Notes: generated by a model not told the origin, from the sequence alone. A stretch of 64,000 bases of DNA from Candidatus Aenigmatarchaeota archaeon (GCA_963726265.1 CAVSBQ010000002.1:928001-992000), one strand, 5' to 3'. Shown: positions 46,364 to 56,754, numbered from the stretch's first letter. Translations and numbers: made by a program.

Positions 46364-48631
46364 TTATTCAGCGCTCTTCATGCCTTTTAATTTAAGCCTA
46401 AGCCACTTTTCCCATTCGTCGTAGACGGCTTTCGGCTCGGCGGCGCCGATCTCGTCCCTGAGCTTCTCCACGATGAGATGGTATTCCGAATTCGAAAGCG
46501 TGACCCATTCGGCCTCGATGAGGTCGGGCATCTTGAGCTTCTCGGAGAGCTTCACCAGCGTATCCTTCATCTTCGCGCGCAGCTTTATGTTTTCCCAGAC
46601 CGCATCCCAGTTGCCGGACCATTCCTTGACATACGAAGATATCCTGTTTATGACTTCCGACTCGCCGTTGACCAGCGTGTCGGTAGGCTTGAGCGTGTCC
46701 TCCTTGCCGGAGTATTCCATGAGGTTGACGAATCCCCCTTCTTTTTGCGGGTTCGAATCCCAGTGCTTGCGCACCTCGGTTATCTCGGTCATCCTCCTGT
46801 ATTTGCGCAGGCTGTCCGCCGAGCGCAGCGACTTGCATATCGCGATAATATCGGTCGCCTTGAAGCTCGTCGGCGGAACGCCAAGATCGTTGACGACCCT
46901 GTCGTAGACGCCGTAAGGCGACTCGCCGTGTATCGTCCCGGCGACGATGTTCGACAGCGCGCCGATTCTCATCGCCTCGTAAAGAGCGGATGCCTCTTTC
47001 GAACGTATCTCTCCTATGATGAGCGCCGAATCGCCTAGGCGCAGCGCGGTCCTCAGCGCCTCCTCAGCAGGCATCTCCGACTCGACCATCGTTATCACCG
47101 AGCGCGATTTTAACGATTCCACGTTATAGCCCAGGTCCCTGAGCTGGTCTATCGGGAGTTCAAGAGTGTCCTCTATACTAACAATTCTGACCTTCGGCAG
47201 CAGCTCCAGCATCACCGAACCGAGGACGCTCGTTTTGCCCGAGCCCCTGCCGCCCGCGACGAGCAGCGAGACCGAGCCGTCGACGAGGAATGAAATGAGA
47301 CCCGCTGCGAGCGGGTTGAGCATGCCTGATTTTATGAACAGGGGAAGCGTCCAGGGCCTGTCCCTGTGCCTCCTTATCGCGAAGCCGAAGCCGTGCGGCG
47401 ACAGACCCTTGGTTATCACCGCGAACCTCGCCTTCCCTCCGGGGACTGCGATGTCTGTGTCTAAAACAGGATTCGCTTCGTCAAGCGGGCGTCCCGACTG
47501 GATGCGCAGGCGCGTGGCCCATGACTCGGCGTCCTCGCGCGTCGGAATAAGGTTGGTCTGGCACTCCTGGTAATCCTGATGGTTGATGAGGATGGGCTGG
47601 GTCTCTATCGGGGAATTTATGTAAATGTCCTGTATCTTCTCGTCCGCGAGCAGCACTTCAAGAACGCCCAGGCCGGCGGTGTATCTCGTCAGGATGTTCG
47701 CCATCTGGTCTATGTCCTTCGATGTCAGGTAAATGCTCATCTTGTCCGCGACCTCGCGCAGCATGTCCTTGCCGATGTTGTAGAAGATTTCGCGGACCTT
47801 CTCCGAGCGCACGAACTCCGCTGTCTTCGGCCTGTGCGTGGCCATGTATCGCCTCGCCGCGTCCATGACCGCGTATTTCTCCTCGGACAGGTTGAATTCG
47901 GGCGGGGTGACGTGGTAGACGTAATGCGCCGAATGGGGCAGCTTGTAAATCTCGACCTGTATGTCCCCGACCTTATATCTGTCCACCGATTTCCCGCCTT
48001 CGGGAGGCGTAATCATGTAGCGCGTGAGCATGAAGTTCGGCCTGACGCTCGGCGTGAAGACCTGCCTGTAAATCTCGCGCGAGCCGACGTGGTAGCCTGA
48101 CAGATGGGGTTTCGCCAGCTGGATTATCTTGGTCGCCTCGAGCTTTCTCCTGAGGAAGTCGATCACTTCCTCCTTGTAATGCCTGTAGCAGCGGTGGCAC
48201 GGGTCCTTCCTGGCCATCTTCACGAGAAGCTCCCGCCCCTCGCGTATCAGCTCGACATACGCCCCGACGGGATCGCGGCGCAGCAGGTTTATCGCGATAT
48301 ACTGCACCCTCTGGGAGAAGTCGGGGTAGCACCTGCCGCACGTGTCGGACTTGAGGGTTGAGTAGGAGATTATCTTTTCCCTCACGACGTCCTCTATTAT
48401 CTTCGCTATCTCGAGCAGCATCTTGACCTGCTCGCCCGAATACTCGTATTCCCTCTCTTTCGCGAGCACGATGGAGTCGACGTTTTTGTTAGAAAGGAGC
48501 TTGTCGATGACGAGCGCCATGCAACTGTCGTAGTCTTCGACAGACGCCCCATACACGCAGCCCAGGCAGTCTATCTTCAGCCTTCTCGATTCCTCGTCAT
48601 ACGTGTAGTCACAAACAGCGATAACAGACAC
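46364..48631 (-). CDS. Type II/IV secretion system ATPase (VirB11/CpaF/ArlI-like)
   Basis: GGRGSGKT Walker A, IEDTLEL, LRLGDSALIIGEIRS, GTIHG. N-terminal Cys-rich domain. Confidence 0.92.
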   Translation of the reverse strand: MSVIAVCDYTYDEESRRLKIDCLGCVYGASVEDYDSCMALVIDKLLSNKNVDSIVLAKEREYEYSGEQVKMLLEIAKIIEDVVREKIISYSTLKSDTCGRCYPDFSQRVQYIAINLLRRDPVGAYVELIREGRELLVKMARKDPCHRCYRHYKEEVIDFLRRKLEATKIIQLAKPHLSGYHVGSREIYRQVFTPSVRPNFMLTRYMITPPEGGKSVDRYKVGDIQVEIYKLPHSAHYVYHVTPPEFNLSEEKYAVMDAARRYMATHRPKTAEFVRSEKVREIFYNIGKDMLREVADKMSIYLTSKDIDQMANILTRYTAGLGVLEVLLADEKIQDIYINSPIETQPILINHQDYQECQTNLIPTREDAESWATRLRIQSGRPLDEANPVLDTDIAVPGGKARFAVITKGLSPHGFGFAIRRHRDRPWTLPLFIKSGMLNPLAAGLISFLVDGSVSLLVAGGRGSGKTSVLGSVMLELLPKVRIVSIEDTLELPIDQLRDLGYNVESLKSRSVITMVESEMPAEEALRTALRLGDSALIIGEIRSKEASALYEAMRIGALSNIVAGTIHGESPYGVYDRVVNDLGVPPTSFKATDIIAICKSLRSADSLRKYRRMTEITEVRKHWDSNPQKEGGFVNLMEYSGKEDTLKPTDTLVNGESEVINRISSYVKEWSGNWDAVWENIKLRAKMKDTLVKLSEKLKMPDLIEAEWVTLSNSEYHLIVEKLRDEIGAAEPKAVYDEWEKWLRLKLKGMKSAE

Positions 48632-48722
48632 CCATGCGTTCTAACCCTATAATATAATATTCCCAATTAAATTAATTAAAGGCTCTTGACAGAATTTACA
48701 GAAGGATATACCTGGCGTTTCA

Positions 48723-49025
48723 CTATTCGACTGCCCAGATTGGCGGTATGCTTCCGATTCCAGGCGGCCCGAGAATTGCGAATGGCTTGTCCGGTTCGTC
48801 CGGTTTGCCCACGTCCTTTCCTGATATTTGTATTTTTGTTTGTTCGAAGGATGGGTTTGTATGCCATTCAAAGTGAAATGCCGTGTTGTCTCCGACCCGG
48901 CCGAGTGTTAAAGCAGATGCTAAGAAACTCTCTTTGTAATCAGATGCCAAATCAGATGGCACATGAAAGTATTTTCCGTCAATCCTTCTCATGATGACGA
49001 CGCCATCGGGGTCCAGGTATTTCAT
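48723..49025 (-). CDS. AT-rich orphan hypothetical protein
   Basis: 100-aa ORF with a TTTATAAA promoter about 25 nt upstream (leaderless-type). Confidence 0.55.
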   Translation of the reverse strand: MKYLDPDGVVIMRRIDGKYFHVPSDLASDYKESFLASALTLGRVGDNTAFHFEWHTNPSFEQTKIQISGKDVGKPDEPDKPFAILGPPGIGSIPPIWAVE

Positions 49026-49145
49026 AAAAATATATTCTCTCCAGCGGATTTTATAAAGGCATCTGCCGCAAAATCGTCAATTGCCATAAAGGGCAAGATA
49101 CCCAATCGAAACATTCTTTAAAAATTCCGGATTCAAGAACTTTTA

Positions 49146-50417
49146 ATGAAACTGAGGGATTCCAGCTTTTCCGATTTCTCCGCCGAGCTCGAGGACTTGG
49201 AGATAAAAAAGACTAGCAGCCTTGTCACCAGGATTTACAGTGCCAGCCCGGGCGGCAGCATCCACTGCATGCCTGCGGTGAAGGACGGCGTGGTTTACTT
49301 CTGCTCCATGGACAATTACGTATACGCCCTCGATTGCAGGACGGGTAAAGTTGCCTGGAAGCTGAAGACGGACGGCCAAATGGCAGGCAACTCGCCCGAA
49401 ATTATCGGCGATACGATGTATATCGGCAATCTTGCCGGCTCGATGTACGCCCTGGACATAAAGACGGGCCGGATAATATGGAGGTCCAAGGTCAGCGAAT
49501 CCGCGTCCACCAAGACCATCTTTTACAAAAAGAGGCTTTATTACGCGTCGCTCGATGGCAATTTCTACTGCCTTGACAGCGAAGGCGGCAGGGAGCTGTG
49601 GAGGTTCCGCACGGGCGGGCCCGTCTTCTACGCGCCCAGCTGCTGGGAGGGAAAAATATATTTCGGTTCGGGCGACGGGAACTTTTACTGCATAAACGCC
49701 GAGAGCGGCAAGGAGGTATGGCGCTTCAAAACGGGAGACGAGGTTTACAGCGAGGCACCGAGCGAGGTCCACGACGGCATCATATACTTCGCGTCCCTCG
49801 ACAACAACATTTACGCTGTGAACGCGCGGACCGGCAAGGAAATGTGGCGCTTCAAAACTGGAATGTATGGCAACTGCTTCTCGCCCGTCGTGCACGATGG
49901 CATTATCTATCACGGCTCAAGGGACGGAATTTTGTACGCGCTCACGCTTGAAGGCAAAGAGCTCTGGCGTTTCCGCGCCGAAGGCCTGATAGGCGTCAAG
50001 CTCTTGGCAGACGGGAATAGGTTGTATTTCGGCTCCGAGGACACGAACCTTTACTGCCTCGACGCGAAAACCGGAAAGGAAATATGGCGTTTCAAAACTT
50101 CCGGTCCTGTGTGGTCCCCTCCTTCGTTGTGGAAGGCCTCGCTTTTCTTCGGTTCGTGGGACTGCCACCTCTACTGCCTCGATATTGACGGCAAGGAGAA
50201 ATGGAGGTTCGCCACCAGCGACAAGACCATCTGCAGGGTCGACCCGCCCTACAAAGTCTTTGAGATGGTCGTGAAGAAAGCGATGGATGAGGACAGCGAA
50301 GCGGACGAGAAATACGACCTGGATTTCTCAGGCATGGGCAGCGGCAACGTCTACAACATTGAAAGCGAATACGTGGTCGAGACGACCTACGCGACCGGCA
50401 AGGATTACGGCGAGTGA
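49146..50417 (+). CDS. PQQ-like (BamB-type) eight-bladed beta-propeller protein
   Basis: Eight repeats of roughly YxLDxxxGKExWRFxT; no signal peptide. Confidence 0.88.
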   Translation: MKLRDSSFSDFSAELEDLEIKKTSSLVTRIYSASPGGSIHCMPAVKDGVVYFCSMDNYVYALDCRTGKVAWKLKTDGQMAGNSPEIIGDTMYIGNLAGSMYALDIKTGRIIWRSKVSESASTKTIFYKKRLYYASLDGNFYCLDSEGGRELWRFRTGGPVFYAPSCWEGKIYFGSGDGNFYCINAESGKEVWRFKTGDEVYSEAPSEVHDGIIYFASLDNNIYAVNARTGKEMWRFKTGMYGNCFSPVVHDGIIYHGSRDGILYALTLEGKELWRFRAEGLIGVKLLADGNRLYFGSEDTNLYCLDAKTGKEIWRFKTSGPVWSPPSLWKASLFFGSWDCHLYCLDIDGKEKWRFATSDKTICRVDPPYKVFEMVVKKAMDEDSEADEKYDLDFSGMGSGNVYNIESEYVVETTYATGKDYGE

Positions 50418-50487
50418 AAAACAAAAAACAAATTTTTGTTTTTAAGACGTTCAGGCAAAGTATATATATTGCGGGTTGGGTGTTCGC

Positions 50488-51768
50488 GTGCGGAGAGAAT
50501 ACGTCGATTTGGATTACGTCCCGTCGAGGGACGATGTCATAGCGGAATTCTACCTCGAGCCGAATAAAGTCTCTTTCGAGAGCGCGTGCAACGACCTGGC
50601 AGGCGAGAGCTCGATAGGCACGTGGACCGAAGTCGGCACGATGAAGCCGCGCATATGGCGCGACCTCAGGCCGACCGTTTTCGCGTTTAGGAAGAGGGAG
50701 AAAATAATAAAGATAGCCTATCCGCTAGCGCTCTTCGAACAGGGCAGCGTGCCGCAGCTGCTGAGCTCGATTGGCGGGAATGTTTTTGGCATGAAGGCCA
50801 TCGCGAACCTCCGCCTTCTCGACGTCCGCCTTCCGGAAAAATACATGCGCCACTTCGAAGGCCCGAAGTTCGGCATACCCGGCATAAGGGACAAGCTCCA
50901 TATCCGGAAGCGCCCGCTCCTTGGGACGATAGTGAAGCCGAAGCTCGGGCTCAGCGAAAAGGAGCACGCGAAATCCGCGTATGAATCATGGGTCGGCGGT
51001 CTGGATATCGTTAAGGACGACGAAAACCTAACGGACATGGGCTTCAACCGCTTCGAAAGGCGCGTGGTCGAAACGCTCAAGATGCGCGATCTGGCCGAGC
51101 AGAAGACAGGCGAGGGCAAGTTCTACATGCCTAACGTCACGGCCGAAACGAACGAGATGCTTAAACGAGCGGAATTCGTCAAGCGCCACGGCGGCGAATA
51201 CGTCATGGTCGACATCATCTCGGCGGGATGGTCCGCTCTCGAGACGCTGAGGAAGGCGAATGACGATCTGAATCTCATCATCCATGCCCACAGGGCAGGC
51301 CACGCGGCCTTCACGAAAAACCCGAAGCATGGCATTTCCATGCTAGTGATCGCGAAGCTCGCGCGGCTGATAGGGGTGGACCAGATACACATAGGGACGG
51401 CGAACGTGGGAAAGATGAGCGGTAACGAGACGAGCGAAATAGAGGACGAGATTGAAGGCAAGTTCATCACGGAGCTGAGGAGGGGTCATTCGCTGGAACA
51501 GTTCTGGTTCCACATAAAGCCGGTCTTCGCCGTCGCATCCGGCGGCCTTTATCCGGGCAGCCTTCCTAGGCTGCTGGAGATCATGGGCAGGAACGTCATA
51601 ATCCAGGCGGGCGGCGGCGTCCACGGCCATCCGGGAGGCAGCGAGGCCGGGGCGAGGGCGATGCGCCAGGCGCTGGAGGCGTGCATGAAACGCGTCCCTC
51701 TCGAGGAATACGCCGCAAGCCACCGCGAGCTTGCGGAAGCAATAAAAAAGTGGGGCGTCAAAAGATAA
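50488..51768 (+). CDS. rbcL: Form III ribulose-1,5-bisphosphate carboxylase
   Basis: ESSIGTWT, GTIVKPKLGL, GLDIVKDDENL, HAHRAGH, GKM loop 6, SGGL, GGGVHGHP. Confidence 0.95.
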   Translation: MRREYVDLDYVPSRDDVIAEFYLEPNKVSFESACNDLAGESSIGTWTEVGTMKPRIWRDLRPTVFAFRKREKIIKIAYPLALFEQGSVPQLLSSIGGNVFGMKAIANLRLLDVRLPEKYMRHFEGPKFGIPGIRDKLHIRKRPLLGTIVKPKLGLSEKEHAKSAYESWVGGLDIVKDDENLTDMGFNRFERRVVETLKMRDLAEQKTGEGKFYMPNVTAETNEMLKRAEFVKRHGGEYVMVDIISAGWSALETLRKANDDLNLIIHAHRAGHAAFTKNPKHGISMLVIAKLARLIGVDQIHIGTANVGKMSGNETSEIEDEIEGKFITELRRGHSLEQFWFHIKPVFAVASGGLYPGSLPRLLEIMGRNVIIQAGGGVHGHPGGSEAGARAMRQALEACMKRVPLEEYAASHRELAEAIKKWGVKR

Positions 51769-51806
51769 TAAGGGTCTGAGGGATTGGCAGATTTCACTTT
51801 GGGGTT

Positions 51807-53351
51807 ATGGTTATGTTTTTGCGTGCGAAGTTCATACAGCTCGAGGCGGACAAGCCGATAGTCATCCTCAACAGGGAGGACGCCGCCGAGCTCGGCGTCA
51901 AGCCGCTCGAAAGGGTCGAGCTGTGCTTCAGGAACACGAGGCTTGTCGCAATAGTCAACGTCGCGAAGAGGATAGTCAGAGAGGGGGAAATCGGCCTATA
52001 CGAGGAAATACAGGAGCATTTCGACGTCAAGCCGAACGACAAGATTCACGTCGAGACGGCGAGCCCGCCGAAGTCCATGGCCTTCATAAAGAAGAAGCTC
52101 GCAGGCCAGACGCTCACGCACAAGGAGATATACGCGATAGTCAAGGACACGGTAAACCACAGGCTCTCGGACATAGAGTTAACGGCGTTCGTCACCGCGC
52201 TATACAACAAGGGCATGGACATGGACGAAATCGCGTGCCTTTCCGAGGCGATGTTCAAGACCGGAAAAAACCTCAAACTCAGGACCAAGGCGGTTTACGA
52301 CAAGCATAGCGTCGGCGGCTGCCCCGGAGACAAGACGACAATCCTCGTCGTCCCGATAGTCGCGGCAGCCGGCCTGACCATACCCAAGACCTCGTCGCGC
52401 GCGATCACGTCGCCCGCGGGCAGCGCTGACCGCGTCGAATGCATAATGCCCGTGAACCTCTCGCTCGAAGAAGTCCGCCGAGTGGTCAACAAGACGAACG
52501 CGTGCATGGTCTGGGGAGGGGCGGTCGACCTCGCGCCGGCGGACGACATTTTCATCCGCATAGAATACCCGCTTTCCATAGACCCGTTCCTTCTGCCGTC
52601 GGTCATGTCGAAGAAGAAGTGCGTTAACGCGAAATACGTCGTGATAGACGTCCCCACGGGCAGGGAGACCAAAATCCGCACGAAAGAGGAATTCGAAAGG
52701 CTCGCGGCGGAATTCATACAGCTCGGCAAGAGGCTCGGTATAAAAGTCGAATGCATTTCCACTTTCGCCGACCAGCCCATAGGCCACGCGGTCGGCCCGA
52801 TACTCGAAGCGAAGGAGGCGTTCAGCACGCTCGTGAATGGAACGGGCCCGAAAGACCTTGTCGACAAGGCCACGACCCTGGCCGGCGTGCTGCTGGAATT
52901 CGGCGGCGCAAAAAACGGGAAGCAGGCCGCGCTGGAAATCCTGAAGTCCGGAAAGGCCTACAAAAAATTCAGGGAAATCATCGAGGCGCAGGGCGGCAAC
53001 CCCGCCATAAGGCCCGAGGACCTCTGTCCAGGCAAGAAGGTTGCAGAGTTCAAGTCCAGCAAGTCCGGCAAGGTTTTATGGATAAGCAACAAGTGCGTGG
53101 ACATGCTTGCCAGGGAGGCAGGCGCACCCAGGGACAAGGGGGCAGGCATCTATTTCAGGAAAAAGCTCGGCGACAAGGTCCACAAGGGCGAGATTCTCTT
53201 CGAAATATATGCGGAGAAAAACGACAAATTCAAGCGCGCCATTGAACTCGCGAACAAGCTCGACGTGATGGGCATAGGGAAGGAACGCGGCATGCTGCTG
53301 GATAGGCTTCCGGCCGCGGAAGAGGAAACCTATTTCATCCTGGAGAGGTAG
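51807..53351 (+). CDS. deoA: AMP phosphorylase
   Basis: N-terminal extra domain, DKHSVGGCPG, PKTSSRAITSPAGSAD, LAPADD; adjacent to rbcL. Confidence 0.93.
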   Translation: MVMFLRAKFIQLEADKPIVILNREDAAELGVKPLERVELCFRNTRLVAIVNVAKRIVREGEIGLYEEIQEHFDVKPNDKIHVETASPPKSMAFIKKKLAGQTLTHKEIYAIVKDTVNHRLSDIELTAFVTALYNKGMDMDEIACLSEAMFKTGKNLKLRTKAVYDKHSVGGCPGDKTTILVVPIVAAAGLTIPKTSSRAITSPAGSADRVECIMPVNLSLEEVRRVVNKTNACMVWGGAVDLAPADDIFIRIEYPLSIDPFLLPSVMSKKKCVNAKYVVIDVPTGRETKIRTKEEFERLAAEFIQLGKRLGIKVECISTFADQPIGHAVGPILEAKEAFSTLVNGTGPKDLVDKATTLAGVLLEFGGAKNGKQAALEILKSGKAYKKFREIIEAQGGNPAIRPEDLCPGKKVAEFKSSKSGKVLWISNKCVDMLAREAGAPRDKGAGIYFRKKLGDKVHKGEILFEIYAEKNDKFKRAIELANKLDVMGIGKERGMLLDRLPAAEEETYFILER

Positions 53352-53490
53352 CGCACCTGAGACAAATCAAATAGTATATTCGTATAAAAAATAAATAAAT
53401 TTTTTACCCGTTCCAACAAACGGTTAATGTTCCCGGAAGGGGGGTGGGTCCGGACGGCGGGTTTATTTATGGTATTTTCATATAAATTAT

Positions 53491-54693
53491 ATGATGAAAA
53501 TTCTGATGCTCGTGCTTGACGGCGGCGGCGACGTCGGGGAGAAAACGCCTTACCAGACAGCACGCAAGCCGCATATCGATTCTCTCGCGGCTAAAGGGAC
53601 GTGCGGCCTGCTGGACATGCGCTACAGCGGAACGCCGCAGTCCGATTTCGGCTATCTCAATATCCTGGGTTTTTATTCGAAGGAAACGTACCCCGGCCGC
53701 GGCTATCTCGAGGCGCTGGGCCTGGGCATGGAAGACGTCCGCGGGAGCGACGTCTGCATCCGCGGCAATTTCGCGACCCTCGGAGCGAACGGCAACCTCC
53801 TCGACCGCAGGGCAGGCCGCGACGAGACGGGCCTGGAAGAGCTGACGGCAAGGATAGACGGCGTGGAGATAGACGGCGTTCATTTTTTCATCAGGAAATC
53901 CGCCGGCCACAGGGTAGTCATCGTGATGAGGCCGCTGGAAGAGCGCATAAAACTCTCGGAAAATGTCGAATCCAACGACCCTGAAAGCGACGGAGCGCCT
54001 GTCATGCAGTTCAGGCCGAAAGGCGCGGAGACGAGTGCGAAGTTCACCGCCAGCGTCCTGAACAAGTTCGTTTTCAGGACGGGCAAAATCCTTTCCGGCG
54101 ATGAAATAAACAGGGAAAGAAAATTCCCCGCGAACGTCCTGCTGCTCCGCGGCTTCGGCAGGAAGAGCGAAGTGGAGACTTTCAAAAAAAGGTATGGCAT
54201 GAAGGCCTGCTGCATCGCCGGCATTCCCGTCATCAAGGGCGTCGCTGCCTTTCTGGGCATGGACCTTATCACCGTCCCGGGCGCGACAGGCTACCCGGAC
54301 ACGAACCTCGTGGGCAAGTTCGAAAAGGCCGCCGAAGCGCTGAAAACTTATGACTTCGTCCTGCTCCACGTCAACGGCACGGACATACTTTCCCACGACG
54401 CGAAGCGCGAGGAAAAAGCGAAGTTCATAGAGAAGATTGACGCCAACCTGGGCAGAGCGCTGGAAAAAATCGACCTGAAAAAAACGGTCGTTGTAATCAC
54501 GTCCGACCACCGCACGGCGAGCGACCCGTCCTACAAGCAATACAGGCACACCAGCGATCCCGTCCCCGTCCTGATTTCAGGAGACGGCATAAGGCCCGGC
54601 ATCGCCAGGAAGTTCAACGAGAAGGCCTGCAGGGACGGCTTCATGCTCAAGGGCAACGATCTTATGCCTTTCGTTCTCAGGCAAATTAAATAA
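53491..54693 (+). CDS. apgM: 2,3-BPG-independent phosphoglycerate mutase (archaeal type)
   Basis: LDGGGD, SD (catalytic Ser), GRGYLEALG, DRRAGR, TD..SHD, TSDH, HTSDPVP. Confidence 0.9.
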   Translation: MMKILMLVLDGGGDVGEKTPYQTARKPHIDSLAAKGTCGLLDMRYSGTPQSDFGYLNILGFYSKETYPGRGYLEALGLGMEDVRGSDVCIRGNFATLGANGNLLDRRAGRDETGLEELTARIDGVEIDGVHFFIRKSAGHRVVIVMRPLEERIKLSENVESNDPESDGAPVMQFRPKGAETSAKFTASVLNKFVFRTGKILSGDEINRERKFPANVLLLRGFGRKSEVETFKKRYGMKACCIAGIPVIKGVAAFLGMDLITVPGATGYPDTNLVGKFEKAAEALKTYDFVLLHVNGTDILSHDAKREEKAKFIEKIDANLGRALEKIDLKKTVVVITSDHRTASDPSYKQYRHTSDPVPVLISGDGIRPGIARKFNEKACRDGFMLKGNDLMPFVLRQIK

Positions 54694-54714
54694 GCAGGCT
54701 TTCAAATAATTATC

Positions 54715-56685
54715 ATGGAAAAATACGAGATGAGCTCCCTTGACTTCCGCTTCCTCGTCAGGGACTTGAAGAATTCGCTGGTCAACGGCTATTTCAGGAA
54801 AATCTACCAGTACGATGCCACCATCCCCGGGGAGAAGGAGAAAAGAACGCACCAGTTCCTGTTCGAGATTTTCGTGCCGGGGAAAGAGAAGCTCTGGCTC
54901 TACGCCGACAGGAACAAGATGTTCATCACGGCTTACAGGAAACCCTCGCCATCCGAACCTCCGAGCTTCTGCCAGCTGCTGAGGAAGCACATGGAGAACA
55001 CGAAAATCCTCGACATCCGCCAGCACGAGTTCGACAGGATAGTCGAGATCTCGACCGAGCACAACGTTCTGATTATCGAGCTGTTCTCCGACGGCAACAT
55101 AATACTCTGCGACAAGGAGCGCAAAATAATCATGCCTCTTTATTCGCAGCAGTGGAAGGACCGCGATCTAAAACCCAGGATACCCTATGTTTACCCGCCG
55201 CACAGGATAAACCCGTTCGCGGTCAGCTTCGAGTATTTCCGCGAATACCTGTCCGACTTCGACAAGAAGATCGTCGCGGTCCTAGCGGCAGGTCTCGGGC
55301 TGGGACCCGTCTACGCGAAGGAGATGCTCCTCCGCTCGCATATAGACGAAGCGATTCCAGCCCAGCGGCTCAGCGCGAACCTGTGCGTCCAGCTGTTCAA
55401 TATCATAAGGGACACGGACAACCTGTCGGTCGAGCCGACGCTTTACGCGGGCTTCGTCTCCCCGTTCCCGCTCCAGAACGCGGACGTAGGCGGCATCAAG
55501 AAGCAAGGCGGGGATTTCTCCGCCGCGCTCGACGAGTTCTTCTCCGAGCAGCAGATAAGGCTTGCCGAGGATTTCGACGAGCGGCTCAAAACCGGCCACA
55601 GGGACAAGTTCGGTAGGATGCTCATGGAGCAGGAATCGTCGCTGCAGAAATGGTCCGAGAAAAAGGAAGAGAAGAAATCCAAGGCCGACCTGATATACAG
55701 CAACTACGCGTCCATCGACGGGATGCTCGGCGCGATTAAGCGCGCCAAGGCATCCGGCATGGAGTGGGAAGAGATAAAGGCCATGGTGAAGGAAATCCCG
55801 GACGGCAACCTGGTCAAGGAGATAAGAGAGGGCGAGGCAAAAATCATTTTCGCGCTCCAGGGGAGCGAGATAGAAATCGATTTCCGCAAGTCCGTCATGG
55901 AGAACGCGAAAGATTATTACGAGCGTTCGAAGTTCGCGAAGCGGAAAATCGAAGGCGTCCACGAGGCGATGCACAAGACGCGCAAGAGGATGGAGGAAGA
56001 GCCGCAAATCGAGAAGGTGGCGAAGCTCGCGAAGGCCGAGAAGAAGGAGAAGAAGTGGTTCGAAAAGTTCAGGTGGTTCACGTCCAGCGGCGATTTCCTC
56101 GTCGTCGGCGGCAAGGATGCGACCTCGAACGAAGTGCTGATTAAAAAATACACGGAAAAAAACGACGCCGTCTTCCACTCCGAAATCCAGGGCTCGCCCT
56201 TCGTGGTCATAAAGACCGGCGGCAAATACGTCCCCGAAACGGCGAAGAAAGAGGCAGCCGAGTTCGCGGCCGCGTATTCGAAGGCGTGGCAGTCCGGCCT
56301 TGGAGCGATAGACGTCTACTGCATAAGGCCGGAGCAGGTCTCGAAGCAGGCGCAGGCTGGCGAATACCTGCCCAAGGGGAGCTTCATGATTTACGGCGAG
56401 AGGGAATGGTTCAGGGGAACGGAACTGAAAGTCGCCATCGGCATCAAAACGGAAAAGGGAAAGCCGCCCGCCATCATCGCGGGGCCGGTCGCCTCGGTCA
56501 GCAGGCAGACAGACGCATTGATTATAGTCAAGCCCGGTTCCAAGGAAGCCGCGAGCCTGGCGAGAACGATAAGGAACACGCTGCTCATAAAGGCCGCGCC
56601 GGAGGACAGGGAGGCCATCGGGCGCATCCCCCTGGACGACTTCCAGAAGTCCATCCCAGGCGGCAAAGGCGAAATCATGGACTAG
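54715..56685 (+). CDS. rqcH: Ribosome quality-control protein Rqc2/NEMF/RqcH (NFACT family)
   Basis: PPSFCQLLRK, FDRIV, ELFSDGNIIL, WFEKFRWF, GGKDATSNE, GSFMIYG. Confidence 0.92.
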   Translation: MEKYEMSSLDFRFLVRDLKNSLVNGYFRKIYQYDATIPGEKEKRTHQFLFEIFVPGKEKLWLYADRNKMFITAYRKPSPSEPPSFCQLLRKHMENTKILDIRQHEFDRIVEISTEHNVLIIELFSDGNIILCDKERKIIMPLYSQQWKDRDLKPRIPYVYPPHRINPFAVSFEYFREYLSDFDKKIVAVLAAGLGLGPVYAKEMLLRSHIDEAIPAQRLSANLCVQLFNIIRDTDNLSVEPTLYAGFVSPFPLQNADVGGIKKQGGDFSAALDEFFSEQQIRLAEDFDERLKTGHRDKFGRMLMEQESSLQKWSEKKEEKKSKADLIYSNYASIDGMLGAIKRAKASGMEWEEIKAMVKEIPDGNLVKEIREGEAKIIFALQGSEIEIDFRKSVMENAKDYYERSKFAKRKIEGVHEAMHKTRKRMEEEPQIEKVAKLAKAEKKEKKWFEKFRWFTSSGDFLVVGGKDATSNEVLIKKYTEKNDAVFHSEIQGSPFVVIKTGGKYVPETAKKEAAEFAAAYSKAWQSGLGAIDVYCIRPEQVSKQAQAGEYLPKGSFMIYGEREWFRGTELKVAIGIKTEKGKPPAIIAGPVASVSRQTDALIIVKPGSKEAASLARTIRNTLLIKAAPEDREAIGRIPLDDFQKSIPGGKGEIMD

Positions 56686-56754
56686 TTCTTACAGTTGGTT
56701 TTAAATAAGTTCGTGCCTAAATAAACTTCTTGGATTTTTGATGAGGCTGGTAAA

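Noticed and set aside
48990..49025. MKYLDPDG resembles the RHS-core DPxG cleavage motif
   Set aside because: The upstream frame lacks the YxYxxNNP context and there is no RHS gene or immunity partner nearby.
49270..50220. Repeated DNA words (TGGCGCTTCAAAAC etc.) as a CRISPR or DGR repeat
   Set aside because: They are in-frame beta-propeller protein repeats. There are no spacers, cas genes or reverse transcriptase.
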